DNA from: Eledone cirrhosa | Taxonomy: Eukaryota | Assembly: GCA_964016885.1 (NCBI GenBank) | Contig: OZ024759.1 | Coordinates: 31,682,001 to 31,746,000 of the forward strand | Direction: 5' to 3' | Length of the DNA: 64,000 nucleotides | Shown here: in pieces, positions 14,237 through 31,100 of the stretch | Position numbering within the stretch: the stretch's first letter is position 1 | How the letters are laid out: each line of letters begins with the position of its first letter | Notes under the pieces: generated by a model | Seen by the model: the letters and a program-made list of their open reading frames with translations, nothing else | What the model was told of the DNA's origin: nothing | Databases searched by the model: none | Position numbers and translations under genes: made by a program

Positions 14237-14557
14237 CATCATCATCATACGTCCGCTTTTCCCTGCTTGCAAGGGTGGGACGAGACTGATTCTGGCTTGA
14301 TTTCTACAGCTGGATGCCCTTCCTAACACCAACCTCATTTACAGTGAGTGCTGGGTGCTTTTTTGCCGTGGCACCTCCACGACCACTCTGCAGTGGAATG
14401 ATAGGGACCCCAGTCCCTATCATCTCATTTCTACAGCTGAGTAAACTGGAGCAATGTGAAATAAAGTGTCTTGCTCAAGGAAACAACACATCACCCGGTC
14501 TGAGAATTGAACTCACAACCTTTCGATTGCAAGGCCAATGCTCTTACCACTAAGCCA
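14237..14557 (-). mobile_element. tRNA-derived SINE (same family as 44419)
   Basis: Reverse-complement copy abutting the long (TA)n tract. Confidence 0.85.
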
Positions 14558-17075
<2,518 letters not shown>

Positions 17076-17120
17076 GTGACGAAACATAAGTCAATTGCAT
17101 GAACTCATTATCCTTTATTT

Positions 17121-17176
17121 ACTGCTATACATATTTCGATGATAGCCATTGAGTGGCTATGACCTCATCAGGCAGT
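17121..17176 (-). ncRNA. Type I hammerhead ribozyme motif
   Basis: Minus strand: actgc CTGATGA ggtc atagcca ctcaa tggctat catc GAAA tatgt ATA gcagt; perfect 5-bp stem I and intact core. Confidence 0.75.
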
Positions 17177-17273
17177 TAGTCAGTTCTTAGATATGCCAGC
17201 TCTGTGTTTATGGTGTTAATTGTATCAGTATATATATATATACACACACACATATATACACACATATATATAT

Positions 17274-17306
<33 letters not shown>

Positions 17307-17332
17307 ATATATATATATATATCACTTAATAA

Positions 17333-17378
<46 letters not shown>

Positions 17379-17601
17379 CTTTTTATTAAGTGATTTCTCT
17401 CACGGGGATTACCCACCCGTTTTTCCTCATTTAGTAAAACTAATCTCGGTCATTAAAATATAAATAGCTTGACTGGCTAACTTCCCACTTTGATTGTCAG
17501 CGAGTTGTTCGGTTTACTAAGTTTATTCATTGTCGTACGAGCTTTTTCTAAGAACCACTCACTGTGTTAAGTACCAATACGTGTTTATATATATATATAT
17601 A

Positions 17602-17850
17602 TAGTGGAATCTCGACTTACAAACTTAATTCGTTCCTGTAGGCTGTTCATAAACCGAAACTATTTTTCCCATACGAAATGCCGAGAGAGAAAGACTGTGT
17701 GAAAGACAAATAGATATCACCATAGTAACTAACTACAGAGCAAGGGATGCTTTTCTGCTTTTCTGCTTGTTGCCAGCCGTAGTTGCTGGCTTGTGTGTTC
17801 GGAAAAATTGTTTGTGATGAGAGGCTTTCGTGAACTGAGGTTTCACTGTA
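17602..17850. mobile_element. Tigger/pogo-like MITE
   Basis: Imperfect TIRs tagtggaatctcg / tgaggtttcactg in TA context. Confidence 0.5.
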
Positions 17851-18389
17851 TATCCATGTGTATGTGTTGTGTGTGAAGTTTTGTTTTTATAAATTATAAA
17901 GAATTTAGTAGTAGTAGTAGGTTATAAGTTTTTATAAATTATAACTACTACTACTACTACTACTAAATTCTTTGTGGTAACATAAAACCTTTCCATCTCA
18001 CACGATCCATTAACTTGCTCGGGTCTCCACTGGATAGTTCTTAGTTCTGTATCATCCTCAAATACTCTCTTTAATGTTTTTGAGAGGCCTTCTGTGTTTG
18101 TGTTTCACATTAGTTGGCTCCCCTAGTAAAGAGTTTTGTAGCAGGTTCGTTGCCTCTTATGACATGACTTGCAAGTTAAAGACACCTGGCCCAGATAGGC
18201 GGGAGGTTGCTGTAAAGAATGACAAATTAACCATATAAATTCGTAGTTAGGTTTAAGGTTAGTTAAGACAAGTTGACAAAAAAGTAAAAATAATTATCAA
18301 CATAATTGTAAAATATATCTCTGTAAAATCTATATTAAGAAACAATGTGATATGGAAAGGCACTAAACTATATAGCTGTCGTATGTATA

Positions 18390-18449
<60 letters not shown>

Positions 18450-18963
18450 ATATAGCAGCATTGGCAACAAGTACAAAAACTCCACGGTCATCAGCTGTCA
18501 AAATGGATGCACAGTTTTGACACTTCCTGACAGTAATGCTGGACCATCTGGGGTCACAGAGTCTGACAAAATAGCCAAAACACTGTCTTTGGAGTATTTT
18601 ACAAGATGAATACAAAACTTGTGTGTATAGAATTAAATATAGACTTTGAAGTTTATATATATATATATATAGTGTTGATTACACAACAAAAAGCAACTAG
18701 TCCACCCTGTAATGTGGTTTGTGTTAGGAAAGGCTTTGTGCCGTAGAAACCAAGGTAAAATACAGATCTGTTTGAGCATGACGTCCCCATTTAAGCCATG
18801 CAAATGTGGAAAAATGGATGTTAAACGATGCTAAATCACACACACACACACAGGGTGTCTCAATAGTCACTATGTACTTTGAATACTAATAAGTGCAACA
18901 AAATAGATAGTAACTTTTGAAGCACACTGTGTGAGTATATTTTTATGATTTTGTGTATATATC

Positions 18964-19085
18964 TTTCCTGATGATTTCCGAATGAAACAGTTCTAGTCCT
19001 GTCGAAGCCATTTCTATATTAAAAATTTATACTCTGCTATGTATTGAGTACTTTACTTACTGTGGTTATCCCGGATTGAACCCGA
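18964..19085 (+). ncRNA. Hammerhead-bearing ~125-bp repeat (family A)
   Basis: tttc CTGATGA tttccgaat GAAACAG ttctagtc CTGTC gaag, then a tail shared with the 56444 and 57980 copies. Confidence 0.6.
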
Positions 19086-19739
19086 CACAGACACACACAC
19101 ATATATATATACATATATATATATATTTATGTATAAAGAGAGAGAGAGAAAGAAAGAGTTTTGTGCCTTCATTTAACTTTGTTTCCTCGTAACTTTCTAA
19201 ATAATGTGTATTTTCCAGATCATGTAGATAAACTAAAATCAATAAAATTGTCATTATCTCTCACGGAAATTACCGGAGGTGTTTGTAATGTTAAAACGAA
19301 GGATTAACTCTATATTATCGTTGTTAGAATGTATATTTTTTTGAGGAGAGGTTGTTTGTTGTTAGGTCACGATGACTTGCCATAAACCAGCTTGTGTTTT
19401 GCTATCATTGGAAGCCATCACTCCCACTCTCTCTCTCTAACTATAAGTAGTTAGGAAGGTGTCATCATTATTGTTATTGTTGTTGTAATAGAATTTCTGC
19501 TAAGGATCAGAATAAGAAAACGAAAATATCTCATTTGATACATAGGTTTCATTGGGTAAACATGTATTAGTATTAGTATGGTTCTTGTTTCTTAATTGGC
19601 CAATTCACTGATACAGTGTATATATACTTATATATATATATATATATATTTATATACAATGATATTAAATAAATGGAAACTATATTTATAAAACCATATT
19701 TATTCTATTATATATATTTCAATATATATATATATATAT

Positions 19740-20052
19740 TTAGTGGTAAGAGCATTGGCCTTAATCGAAAGGTTGTGAGTTCAATTCTCAGACCGGGTGA
19801 TGTGTTGTTTCTTTGAGCAAGACACTTTATTTCACATTGCTCCAGTTTACTCAGCTGTAGATGATAGGGACTGGGGTTCCTATCATTCCACTGCAAAGTG
19901 GATGTGTAGGTGCCACGGCAAAAAAGCACCCAGCACTCACTGTAAATGAGGTTGGTGTTAGGAAGGGCATCCAGCTGTAGAAATCAAGCCAGAATCAGTT
20001 CCGGTCTCACCCTTGCAAGCAGGGAAAAGCGGACGTAAAACAATGATGATGA
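19740..20052 (+). mobile_element. tRNA-derived SINE (same family as 44419)
   Basis: Near-identical sequence, flanked by (TA)n. Confidence 0.85.
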
Positions 20053-20072
20053 TATATATATATATATATATA

Positions 20073-21016
20073 TATACGATATTAAACAAATTGAAACTAT
20101 ATTTATAAAACCATATATATTTCATTATACATATTTCGGGGATACCATATTAAAAATATGGCATGCCTTCTTCAGATAAAATACAATATATAAACAGTTT
20201 TATAAATAATTTTGACGTACCATAAATATTGATCAACTTTTATGTAAGAAGTTGGTTTGGTAGTGAAATGTTTATAAATATTTAGTGTTAAGCACAGTTA
20301 AAAAGAAAGACGGAGAAAAAGAAGAAATGTATGTAAAGAAAAACAGAGAGAAATAGAGAGAGATAGGGGAGAGAGAAATAGTGAGGAGGTGAAAAAAGAG
20401 AGGCAGCTGAGGCAACAGATGAATAATAATAATTCATCATACAAATTGAGAGATTTAGGAGGGAGGGAGTACTGTACTTATTTAGTTATAGTGTTAAGGA
20501 GACGGAGAGAAATAAAAAATGAAGAGAAAACAGAGAGAGAGAGAAAGATAGAGGTGGTGGGAAAAAAGAGGTAGACCAAATAATAATAATTATTATATAT
20601 GGGGAGGTGAGAGAAATAGGAGAGAAGTAAGAGAGAAAACAAGAGAGAAACTCTCGAGGCAAAGTTAAAATAACCGATACTTAGACTTAATCAAATATAA
20701 AGAGGGAGGAGAAGAAAGAGCTATATCTCTCTCTATTTCTCTCTGTTTTTCTTTACATACATTTCTTCTTTTTCTCCGTCTTTCTTTTTAACTGTGCTTA
20801 ACACTAAATATTTATAAACATTTCACTACCAAACCAACTTCTTACATAAAAGTTGATCAATATTTATGGTACGTCAAAATTATTTATAAAACTGTTTATA
20901 TATTGTATTTTATCTGAAGAAGGCATGCCATATTTTTAATATGGTATCCCCGAAATATGTATAATGAAATAAATATGGTTTTATAAATATAGTTTCCATT
21001 TGTTTAATATCGTATA
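20073..21016. repeat. Inverted repeat, ~290-bp arms around a ~355-bp purine-rich spacer; same family as 13099
   Basis: 20073-20365 is the reverse complement of ~20724-21016 with few mismatches. Confidence 0.92.
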
Positions 21017-21099
21017 TCTACTCCAAAACTTGTTGAGTGCTTTATATCAGTTATAAAATATTTACTTGTTGTAACCCAACAATTTTAAATAAAACTTTT

Positions 21100-21102
21100 G
21101 TA

Positions 21103-21133
<31 letters not shown>

Positions 21134-21363
21134 TTATATATTTATATTTATATATATTTATATTTATATATATTTATATTTATATATATTTATATTTATA
21201 TATATTTATATATATTTATATTTATATATATTTATATTTATATATTTATATTTATATATATATATTTATATATATTTATATATTTATATTTATATATATA
21301 TATATTTATATATATTTATATATATATATGTTTATATTTATATATTTATATATGTTTATATAT

Positions 21364-21395
<32 letters not shown>
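21100..21395. repeat. (TATATT)n microsatellite
   Basis: Seen directly. Confidence 0.9.
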
Positions 21396-21398
<3 letters not shown>

Positions 21399-24059
21399 CT
21401 TTGTAAAATGATTGTGTTGGTGCTATAATAAAGCTCGTCTAGACCACTCTGTAAGGGGGTAGTGCTGGTACCACAATAGAATCCACTCAGTACACTCTGT
21501 AAAATGGTAGTTGCTGGTGCTATGATAAAATGCCCTCCAACACATTCTGTTGAGCGGTAGTGCTAGTTCCACAATACAACGCACCCAGTAAAGTGGTTGG
21601 TGTTAAGAAGGGCATCCGTCTAGATTCCATGCCAGAATGGAAGGTATGAGCAAGACACCTGTCCAGCATGGGAAACTGATGTAAACTTGATGGTGTGATG
21701 ATGATGATGATATTGTCCTATTTTTAAGATGAACAAGATTACTAGCTCAAATCTCATCCTTTTATTCAATTATTGGTTAGTATCCTGATTACTATAGGCA
21801 GCGAATTGGTAGAGTTGTTAGAATGTGGGATAGAATGCTTTGCGGTATCTGTTCTGGCTTTCTGCTCTCTCAGTTCAAATCCCGTCAAGGTCAATTTTGC
21901 GTTTCACCCTTTCGAGGTCGATAGAAAAAGTTCCAGACTAGTACTGGGGTCAATTCTTCCTCTATATCTCTTTCTCATTATGATTCTTGCACACATTCTC
22001 TCTCTATCCTTCTCTGGAAGAAATCTGCTGTACTCAAGCCTTAAGAGAAGATGGGCTCTGCCATGTTTAAAAATGCCCTAGAAACCTATGTCAATATTGC
22101 ACCCCTACGACGCTACCGGGAGTTATGGGAGATAAGAGATTCAGATTATGTGGCTTAATGGTCCCACCCTTGCAAGCATGGATAAAGCGGACGTAAAATG
22201 AAATGATGATGATGATGAATGGTTCGGGTGTTCAGTTTGTGGTCATAAGGTCACATGAATTTGATTCCTGAACCCGTTCCAATCCACTCAGCTGGCAAAA
22301 GTGAGTTATACCTGTAATCCAAAGGGCCAGTTATGTCACACACTGTGTCATGTTGAATCTCCCTGAGAACTACTGATATTTATTGCATCAACTGATTGTG
22401 AAAGGCATGCAGTGTAGTGGGTAGTGTGTTAGGCTTATCTTAAGTTTGTGGGTTCAATTGAATTTCATTTTTCCTGTAAAACTTCTTATCATCATTATCG
22501 TTTAATGTCCATTTTCTCTGCTAGCAAGGCTTGGACATGATGTCACAGACGAGTCAGTACTCAAGCAGAGCCCTTTCTGACCTCCAGCAAAGCTGGGGCC
22601 CTGATATATGCATTTTATCGTGGCACCAAGACTAGGGAAGATATCATGTTTTTGGTATAGCTGAAGAGGCCTCCCAATTGATTCCAGTATTGTACTGCCG
22701 CTATATTTATTGACTTCGAAAGGCAAAATTGTGCACCAGTGGAATGTAACAAATAGCTGCAAGGCATTCTATCCAACATTCTAACGAATCTGCCAATTTA
22801 CCACCTTAGATTATTAAATATATTGTCGTAAAGTGAATAAGTTGTATATGGGAGGTTGGGACATCAACTGTTTCTACTTTTGGCACAAGGCCAGCAATTT
22901 GAAGGGAAGAAGAGGAAAGTCAATTATTTTATTGACCCTGTAAGGATGAAAGGCAAAGCTGACCTTGGTGGGATTTGAAATCAAAACATAAAAGGCTATA
23001 AAGTATGTTGTCCAACGCTCTACCGATACTGCCAGTCTACCGCCCCTTGGTTGGGACATTAATGTAAATAGATTTCAGTTTTATGACCTTTAATACATTC
23101 ATAAAATATGTTATTGTATAGTTATTGCTTTAAAGTTCAACAACTTGTGGAAAATAATTTAAACTCTTGTACTTATTCCGCTAATGCAATTGTTTTTGTA
23201 TGAAAGTTAATGTGATATTTTATTTTACTGGTTTCACTCATTGGCCAGCATCCTGTCTGGGGTACTGCCTTCATCTGAAACTCAGGGCTTGTTTTATTGT
23301 CTGGGACATATTTTATTGATTTTTCTTTTTGTCAAACTGCCAAGTTACAGGACATGAACAAACAACAGTAATTGTTAAGCAGTGTAGATATAAACACATG
23401 CACAGACACACACAAGACATGTATGTGTATGTGTCTATGTTGGTGGTAGGAAGGGCATCCAGCCATAGAAAACCTGGCAAAGATAGGTACAAGAAGACTC
23501 TCCAGTTGTTTCAAAAACATTGCGACTGCCCTACTGTTGGTGCCACCATAAAATGCACATATTGCACTCTGTTGAGTGATGGAATGTGTGTAAGAGTGAT
23601 ACGGGGGCCCTGGCCTGTCTGAGTGGTCAGGTTTGTATCACAGACCGAGGTGTAGTTTAAGGTAGTAAGGTATCAAAATTTTAACGTTTTCAACAGAAAC
23701 TTATCACCAGACAATATTATTTTCCCATGAATAATTAATTCTGTTACAAAGACAATATTACCTTTCTCTCATGCCACGTGAAAGTGTGTGGCTGAGTGGT
23801 TAGGGAATTGAATTCACAATTGTGAGATTGTGAGCTCGATTCCCAGACCAGGTGATGCGTTATGTCCTTGGACAAGACACTTTATTTCATGTCGTTCCTT
23901 CTACCTAGAGTTGCGACCGACAGATAGCATTAGCTATTGGAGTCGTTCCTTCTACCTAGAGTTGCGACCGACAGATAGCATTAGCTATTGGAGAGACCAA
24001 TGGAAACATTGTTTCCTCGGTCCAATTTGACGAACGTCGATCGACTCATGCTACTCCAA

Positions 24060-24410
24060 CATTCCACAGTATAAGACATTATTTATTGAATTAATTCCTG
24101 TAAGACTCTACTTAACTTCTAGATATCTCATTATCATAACTGTATCTGCTACATACCCTGGAGAACACACACAGTGAATAAATCGCTCTACAGTCCACAC
24201 ATTTGCCTTTCTGAGACATCATAAGGCGTAGGAGGTTTGCATTAGCCGGATATGAGAAATGTCACAATGAATCTGCTGGCAGAGTTCTTTTCTGGAAACC
24301 TGATGTGTGCAGACAGGTTGGGAGACCAACCACTAACATCGGGTTGGTAGGAGAGAAACTTTATTGTGGCATCAGTAATTGATGTATAGAGGAAGACGAC
24401 ATTTCATCAT
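24060..24410 (+). mobile_element. Degenerate RTE-like LINE fragment
   Basis: RRFALAG...FWKP...VGRP-like remnants with frameshifts. Confidence 0.4.
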
Positions 24411-25721
24411 AATGCATCCTTATTATAACTGAATCTGTTTCTTGTCTGTGTATTCTGTTACTGGGCAAAAAAATGTCCTTTGGAACCCAGCAAAAACTAG
24501 TGGTAAGCTTGGGAAATTCCTAAACTCTTATGATAACCAAACTGCCAGAAACCAGCCATGGTTCTATGATACAGAACTTTTTTTAATTTAAAATGTTTAT
24601 ATTTATCTAAAAACCTTGCATATAATTTTATCATAAGTTATATTTCACATAACAGATAAATAATGAGCAAGTTATATTACTAAGTTCTAGATTATTTAGA
24701 ATATTAAACTTCCTAGGCAGTGATTTTCATTAGAAATATGGTAATGAAAGGGATAAAGTGTTTATATTTATTTAAAAACCTTCTACCATAATTTTATGTA
24801 AGAACCTTTGTTATGTTCCAAACATCACAGCTTAATAATGATATATTTAGTTATATTATTAAATTCTGAATTATTTTCGAAGACGTTTGACATGTGAAAA
24901 TCAGTACTTCACTTTAGGAAGGGCTTCTGGTTGTAGGATACTGATCTAAAAAGGATTTGTCTGACTTGTGCCAGCATGAACAGGCAGTTGTAAAACTGCT
25001 GATGATGATGATTTAGTTTAAATAACATGCGGATAGAATATTTTTAACTCTGAAATGATTTAACCAAAAATATCTAAAAACTTGTTAATTCAAATGTTTT
25101 ATAATAGTGGACTTCAAATATCTGCATTATTAGAGTAAAGACTGTTTATTGTGATGCGGTCATAGTGTTTGTTTATACTTTATATGTTTCAATAACGTCT
25201 TACTAATGTAGTTTCATAGGTTTCAATTTTTCAATTCAATGTTTACAGTATCATTACTAATGGATAGATTGTTGTAAAGAAATTGTGGTATTAGGGTAAA
25301 AACTTGAATGTGATAGTCATAGTGGTTTTGAACTTTTCAAGAATGTTTTACTAAGGTGATTGATTAATTCAAATGTTTATAGTATCTTTACTAGTGGTCA
25401 GATTGTTGTGGAAGTTTGAGGTATTGGAGTATAAATTTTAATATGTAATATGATACAGCCATAGTGCTGCTTTGTACTTTACAAGAATGTTTTGCTAATG
25501 TGGTTTCATGTTTGTTAATTCAAATGTTTACAGTATTAGAGGAAAGACTTTAATTTTTAATGTGATACAGTCATAGTGCTGCTTTGTACTTTCCAAGAAT
25601 GTCTTGTTTATGCGGTTTCACATTAAATTGTGAAGCCCAAAAAATCACTATCAGAACTAAAAATAACTGATTTGAACTTTTTTTTCTCTCTCTTTTAGGT
25701 TTATGATATTAGAATTCCAAT

Positions 25722-25903
25722 ATGCCACGCAGAGGTGAAGAATCTAGTCCAGCCCCACGGCGTAGCCCACGGGCGGCTGTTAAAGCTTCTGCTTCCCCAA
25801 GTCCCATTATTCGAGCGTCTCGCAGTCAAAGTACCTCCAGTGCAACCCCCAAGCAGTCCACTCCCAAGACACAGGCCGTCAGTCCTTTACCCAAAGGAGG
25901 AAA
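25722..25903 (+). CDS. Gene 1 coding exon 1 ([17 protein letters not shown]...)
   Basis: Acceptor ttttag ends 25698, ATG at 25722, donor gtaagt at 25904, phase 2. Confidence 0.75.
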
Positions 25904-27867
25904 GTAAGTTGATTTTCAGTACATTATTTTTTTTTTTACCTCTTACAGGGGTGTATTGACTGAGCTGTTAGTGTTTGATTAAACCTTTTGTTACCATATT
26001 TCTAATGAAAGACCCTTCCTGTGGTTTTCAAATAATTTTGAAAATAATCTAGAATTTGGAGGGAGGCAGTTTCATAATATATCTACCCTTATCATTATTA
26101 AACAGTTTTTTGGAGCATAACTTGAAAAGTACAAAAGAATACTATGATTCTTCTTCAACACCCAATTATTCGTAAGAGGGTCGTGGGGGCAGAGTCCTCA
26201 AATACTCTTTTCAGCGGGTCCTGTCAGAAGCAACTGTCTCCAACCGATCTGGCTGGATCCCCAAGCACAATCAGCCATGTTCATGGACGTTATCCAACCA
26301 TCTTGCTTGGGGTCTTATTCCAGTTGGTTTTGCCCGTAAAATCTGTCCAGTGATTCTTTCTCGAGACATTCTAACCACATGCACATAAAAATTTCCACAT
26401 TGATCCGTCTACAAGTAAAGATACAATAAACATTTGAATTAACAAACCACATGAATCTACATTTTTAAAAAGCCCAAAACAACACTGTGACTGCATGATA
26501 TTAAATATTAAAGTCTTTACTCTAATACTACAAATTTTCACAAGCTATCTGCTATTAAAAACACTTTAAACATTTGAATTATGAAACCACATTAACAAGA
26601 TATTGAAAATTACAAAACAGAACTATGTATTAAAATCACATTAAGTATTAAAATCATAACTCTTGAACTGCAAAATTTCCTGGTGATATGTCCACTTGTA
26701 AAGATAATGTAAATATTTGAATCAATAAACCTGTTTTTAGATATTTTCTGCTAAATCATTGCAGGATGTTAAGAGCTAGCACTTTTAATATCGACCTGCT
26801 TGAAATTGCCTCTGGTTCTGTGATAAAACTCCATTTGAAAGTGTTTGTATCTAAAATAAAACTTTCTGTCATTTTGTATAAGAATTGTTTGTTTTTTTTC
26901 ATACTCTAAACGTCAACATAATGAATTAAAACCCTCTAACTTTTTGATTATTTTCAACATTAACTGAAACATATTCAATGTCCAATCCAATCCTGGGCCT
27001 TCTCACTCGTGTTGGAGGAACCTTTCCCTGGTTAAACTCCACCATTTCCTTTTGTGTTTTAGCCATGTCTTCAGGGATGTAGCCGTACACACCACGTTTG
27101 GCCAATTATGGGTTGGTGAGGCTATTTAATTCATAGTTAGGGTGGATGGCCATTGACTATGAGGAGTTCATCTGACTTTTTAACAGCTCTTGTTTTTTTG
27201 TACTGCTGGGGTTTCCACTTACCCTTCTCACCAGACCGGGGTCTGGTAAAGGAGTTAATTTAGTCCCCAACCACGCGACCATAAAGCAGGTTCTAGTGGG
27301 TTACCTGGTACCAGTAACAGGCAGAAGCCTGACTTGACCATATTCAATGTATTTCATGGAAGATATTGTAATGAAAAGGTTATTTGAGGTTCACTTGTAA
27401 ATTTGTTGTTTGTTTGTTTGTTGTAGAGCCGCAGCAAAGGCAGCCAAAACTAAGGTGAAAGAAGAAACTCCAAAAGCAAATCAACGTTCACCTCGGACTC
27501 CTGCCAATAAACAATCAGGTATTATTTCTTGTTCTTGTGATGGTTGGGGTGGTGTTGGTTGTTGTGGTAGTGATGATTGTGGTGGTTTTGTTGCTGTTGT
27601 CATATTGAATTCTTGGTAGCTGGGACTATATTTCTATCTCTGATAGACAATCGGGCTTTATTTCTTGGGGTTGTAGTAGTGCATGTGGTGGTGATTGTGA
27701 TGATGGTGCATGTGGTGGTTGTTGTGGTGGTGATTGTGATGATTATGATGGTGCATGTGGTGGTGGTGGTGGTGGTTGTGGCTGGTGATGGTGGTTGTCG
27801 CTATATATATATATATGTGTGTGTGTTTGCAATAAAGCATGCTGGTTCCCTTATATACACACATATA

Positions 27868-27909
<42 letters not shown>

Positions 27910-28111
27910 TACACACACACACATATGTGTATGTGTATATATATATATACATATATACACATATACACACACATATGTGTGTGTATATAAGGGAACCAGC
28001 ATGCTTTATTGAAAACATGACTGTGCTCCTGTTTGATCATTTTTATTAAGGATTTTCATATTTTGTTATTAGTTCTTTATGCTTAGTTTGGATCAGTAGC
28101 ATTCATAAATC

Positions 28112-28147
<36 letters not shown>

Positions 28148-31100
28148 CACATACACTTACACACACACTCATGTGTCTATAATGTTTATGCTTTTGTAAT
28201 TTGTTAGGTGATGCAAAGAAGACCTCAGCTAGTCGGTCATCATCGCGGCAGTCCTTAGCCAAAAGTGCACCCAAAGGTAAAGGACGGCAGAGTAGAGGAG
28301 TTGGAGAGGAGGAGGAGGAGGAGGAGGAGGAAGAAGTAGAAGAAGAAGAGGAGGAGAAAGAGGAGGAAGAGGAGGAAGTGTCTGAAGAAGAGGAGGTGGC
28401 CACCCCCACCGTCACTGCTGTGAAAGGGCGGAGCCGGTCAAGAGGTCAGCCCGAAGTTAAAGACACTACACCCCAAGTCCGGGGTGGTAGAGTGGGTCGA
28501 TCCCAAGCTGCAGCAGAGAAGAAGACCCAGAAGGCCAGGTCTGCAGCTGCCAGTAAAGAGGAAGAGGAGGAGGGGGCTGGAGATGAGCAAGAAGAGGAGG
28601 CAGAAGAAGAGAAGAAGAGTAAAAATCAAAATCGGGCTGGGTCGAGGAGTCGGAGATCAACGGGTCGGAAATTGGAGGATGTAGTGACGGAGGAAGCACC
28701 AAAAGGTAGAACAGCGAGATCCAGAAGTAGGGGCCAGGGGAAGAAAGCTACAGAAGAGGACGGCGACAACAAAGATGCCGATGAGGAAGCGAAGGAAGCT
28801 GTTGCTGAAGTGCCCACGGGGCGCTCTTCTCGAGCGAGAAGCAGGGGACAATCAAAGGAACAGGGTGTGGTTAAGTCGGTGATGCCAGAGCTGGAAGTGG
28901 AAGAGAAAGGGAAAGCAACAGAACCAAAACCACCAGAGACAGAGAAGATAGCCGGCAAAGATGCCAAGCAGGAAAGTAAAAATAAAGAGGTGACCGATGT
29001 CGACCAAGTAATTGATGCTGGTCCGGAGAGTGCGAAGAAGAGCAGTGATGCTGACATAGTCGTAAAATCTGCTGAAGACACGGAGCAGTTCAGTTCAGAT
29101 CAGAAATCTCGCAAACGGATGGCAGGTGATGTTGAAAAGTCACCGGAGAGTGTCTCGCCGGCTTCGAAAAAGAAGCGTGTTGCTACAGGAGGCGCTGCTG
29201 TTGCTCCTGCCACCACAGAGGTGATGGTCACCCCAGCAAAGGGCTCAATCTCCCCAGCAAAGGGCTCAATCTCCCCAGCAAAGGGCTCAATCTCCCCAGC
29301 AAAGGGCTCAATGACGACTGAAGTTGCTCTTGTACCAGATGATAAAAAAGAGGGTGCTGTTGAGGTTGGCAAGGACAAGGAGAGTAGCGCTGATGAGAAA
29401 AAGCTAAAGTTGACCGATCCTGAGAAGAAATCTACCGAAGGAGAAAAGGTACAACAGACGCCAACATTTGGAAAGACTTCAGTGTTTTCTGAATCGGCGA
29501 AAGCAACGGAAAGGATTGAAACTGACATGGAAGTGGATGTTGTGGAAAGTCCGGCAAAGGTGTGTCAGGTGCTGTCACCCAAGAAAACTCCCACAAAGCA
29601 ACCTCCTGTGGCGGCGGTGGTTTCGTCACCAACCAAGAAAGCTGAACCGCAAGCAGCAGCAGCAGCAGCAACAACAACAGCAACAGCAACAACAACAACA
29701 ACAACAACAGCAGCAACAACTACCACCACTACCACTACTACCACCACCACCTGTGCTGCTACTATTCTAACAAGTAAACCAACAGAGGCAACAGTTAAAG
29801 TGAGTCCCCCGTCAGCCGGGGTTATTGATCTGTCGCGGAGTCCGGTAAAGCACCAGACAGAAGTTAACATATCAAAAGCACCACCTGTAGCAGTTGCGCT
29901 TCATGCATCGTTAGGGCCTGCACAACAAAAACAGAAACCAGGGGAGTCTCCGTTAAAGATGACCCCTAAGTTGCCTGTGAACCTTACGAAATGTTCAGAA
30001 CCAGTAAAAACAGTTTCTAAATCAGAGCCGACTGTAATTGCAGCGAAATCTTCCCCCACCCCAGCAGCCTGTGTTCCTAAAGCAGTAGAAGTGTCTGTTG
30101 TGTCATCCTCATTGACTAAACCTAATTCCCAGGCTGTTTCTGCCAAACCAATCCAAGGTGCCCCTCCTAAGTTGTCATCACCAACAAGATCTGAATCTGT
30201 TGTGACCAGTCGAGCTGCTGTAGCTGCACCACCAGTAGCCAGCAACGCAGGGGTGTTAAAACCTCACCCCCAGCCGTCTGATAAAACTGTCAAGCCCTCT
30301 ATAACTCAACCTCTCAGCATGGTTAGCGCAAAGACCCCTGTCATTCAGGCTCCAAGTGCCAAGCCTCTTGTTGCCGTGGAGAAGACTCCACCACCACCAC
30401 CACCAACAACAAAAATCACAACAGCAACAAGTCCCAATGTGACTTCGTCCCCTTCGAAGCCTCCTGCAGTGCCTTGTGTTGGCAGTTTCCCTGCTAAATC
30501 CCCACTAAAGCCTGAACTTAAGCCACACAGTCCTTCTATTATGGCCTACTCACCACCTAAACAACATTTCAGTGAAACAGCTTCATCTGGATCTCCCATC
30601 AGATCTCACAATGTCACCATGCATGGCTCACCTGTTAAGCTACCAAATCCTGTCACCTCCACTTTCTCACCTGCCAAGTTACCCGATAAAACGTCGTTAC
30701 CTCAGAGACCTCCTGAGGGAAAATCACTAACGATGCCACCGAAGACAACAGGTGTCGATTTATCATCAAAGCTACCAGGTCACAGTTCGTCACCCCAGGC
30801 CCCCAAGATAATGGGTTACTCATCTTCACAGGTACTACCTGTGAAATCCCCACCTGGCCATCACAGCACTTTGTCGGCTGTAACTACAAAACCTGGCAGT
30901 GTTGAAGCTTTTCCAGGAAAACCTTGTCCAACTCCGATGGGTTCTGCCAGGCCCACTGAATCAATGTCCATGGTTTCTAATGTAAAAAACCCACCTCAGT
31001 TTTCACCAAAGGATAAACAGCCAATTTCTACAAGAATACCAGCTACTGGGGTCATTACTGGAGGTTCTATTGTTGCACGAGACATAAGCCCTTCACAGAC

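Noticed and set aside
18455-18620. Unique-looking segment with short ORFs on both strands
   Set aside because: No recognisable motif or convincing splice sites; possibly an old TE fragment.
23891-23992. 51-bp perfect tandem duplication
   Set aside because: Lies in a decayed SINE-like element; no sign of function.
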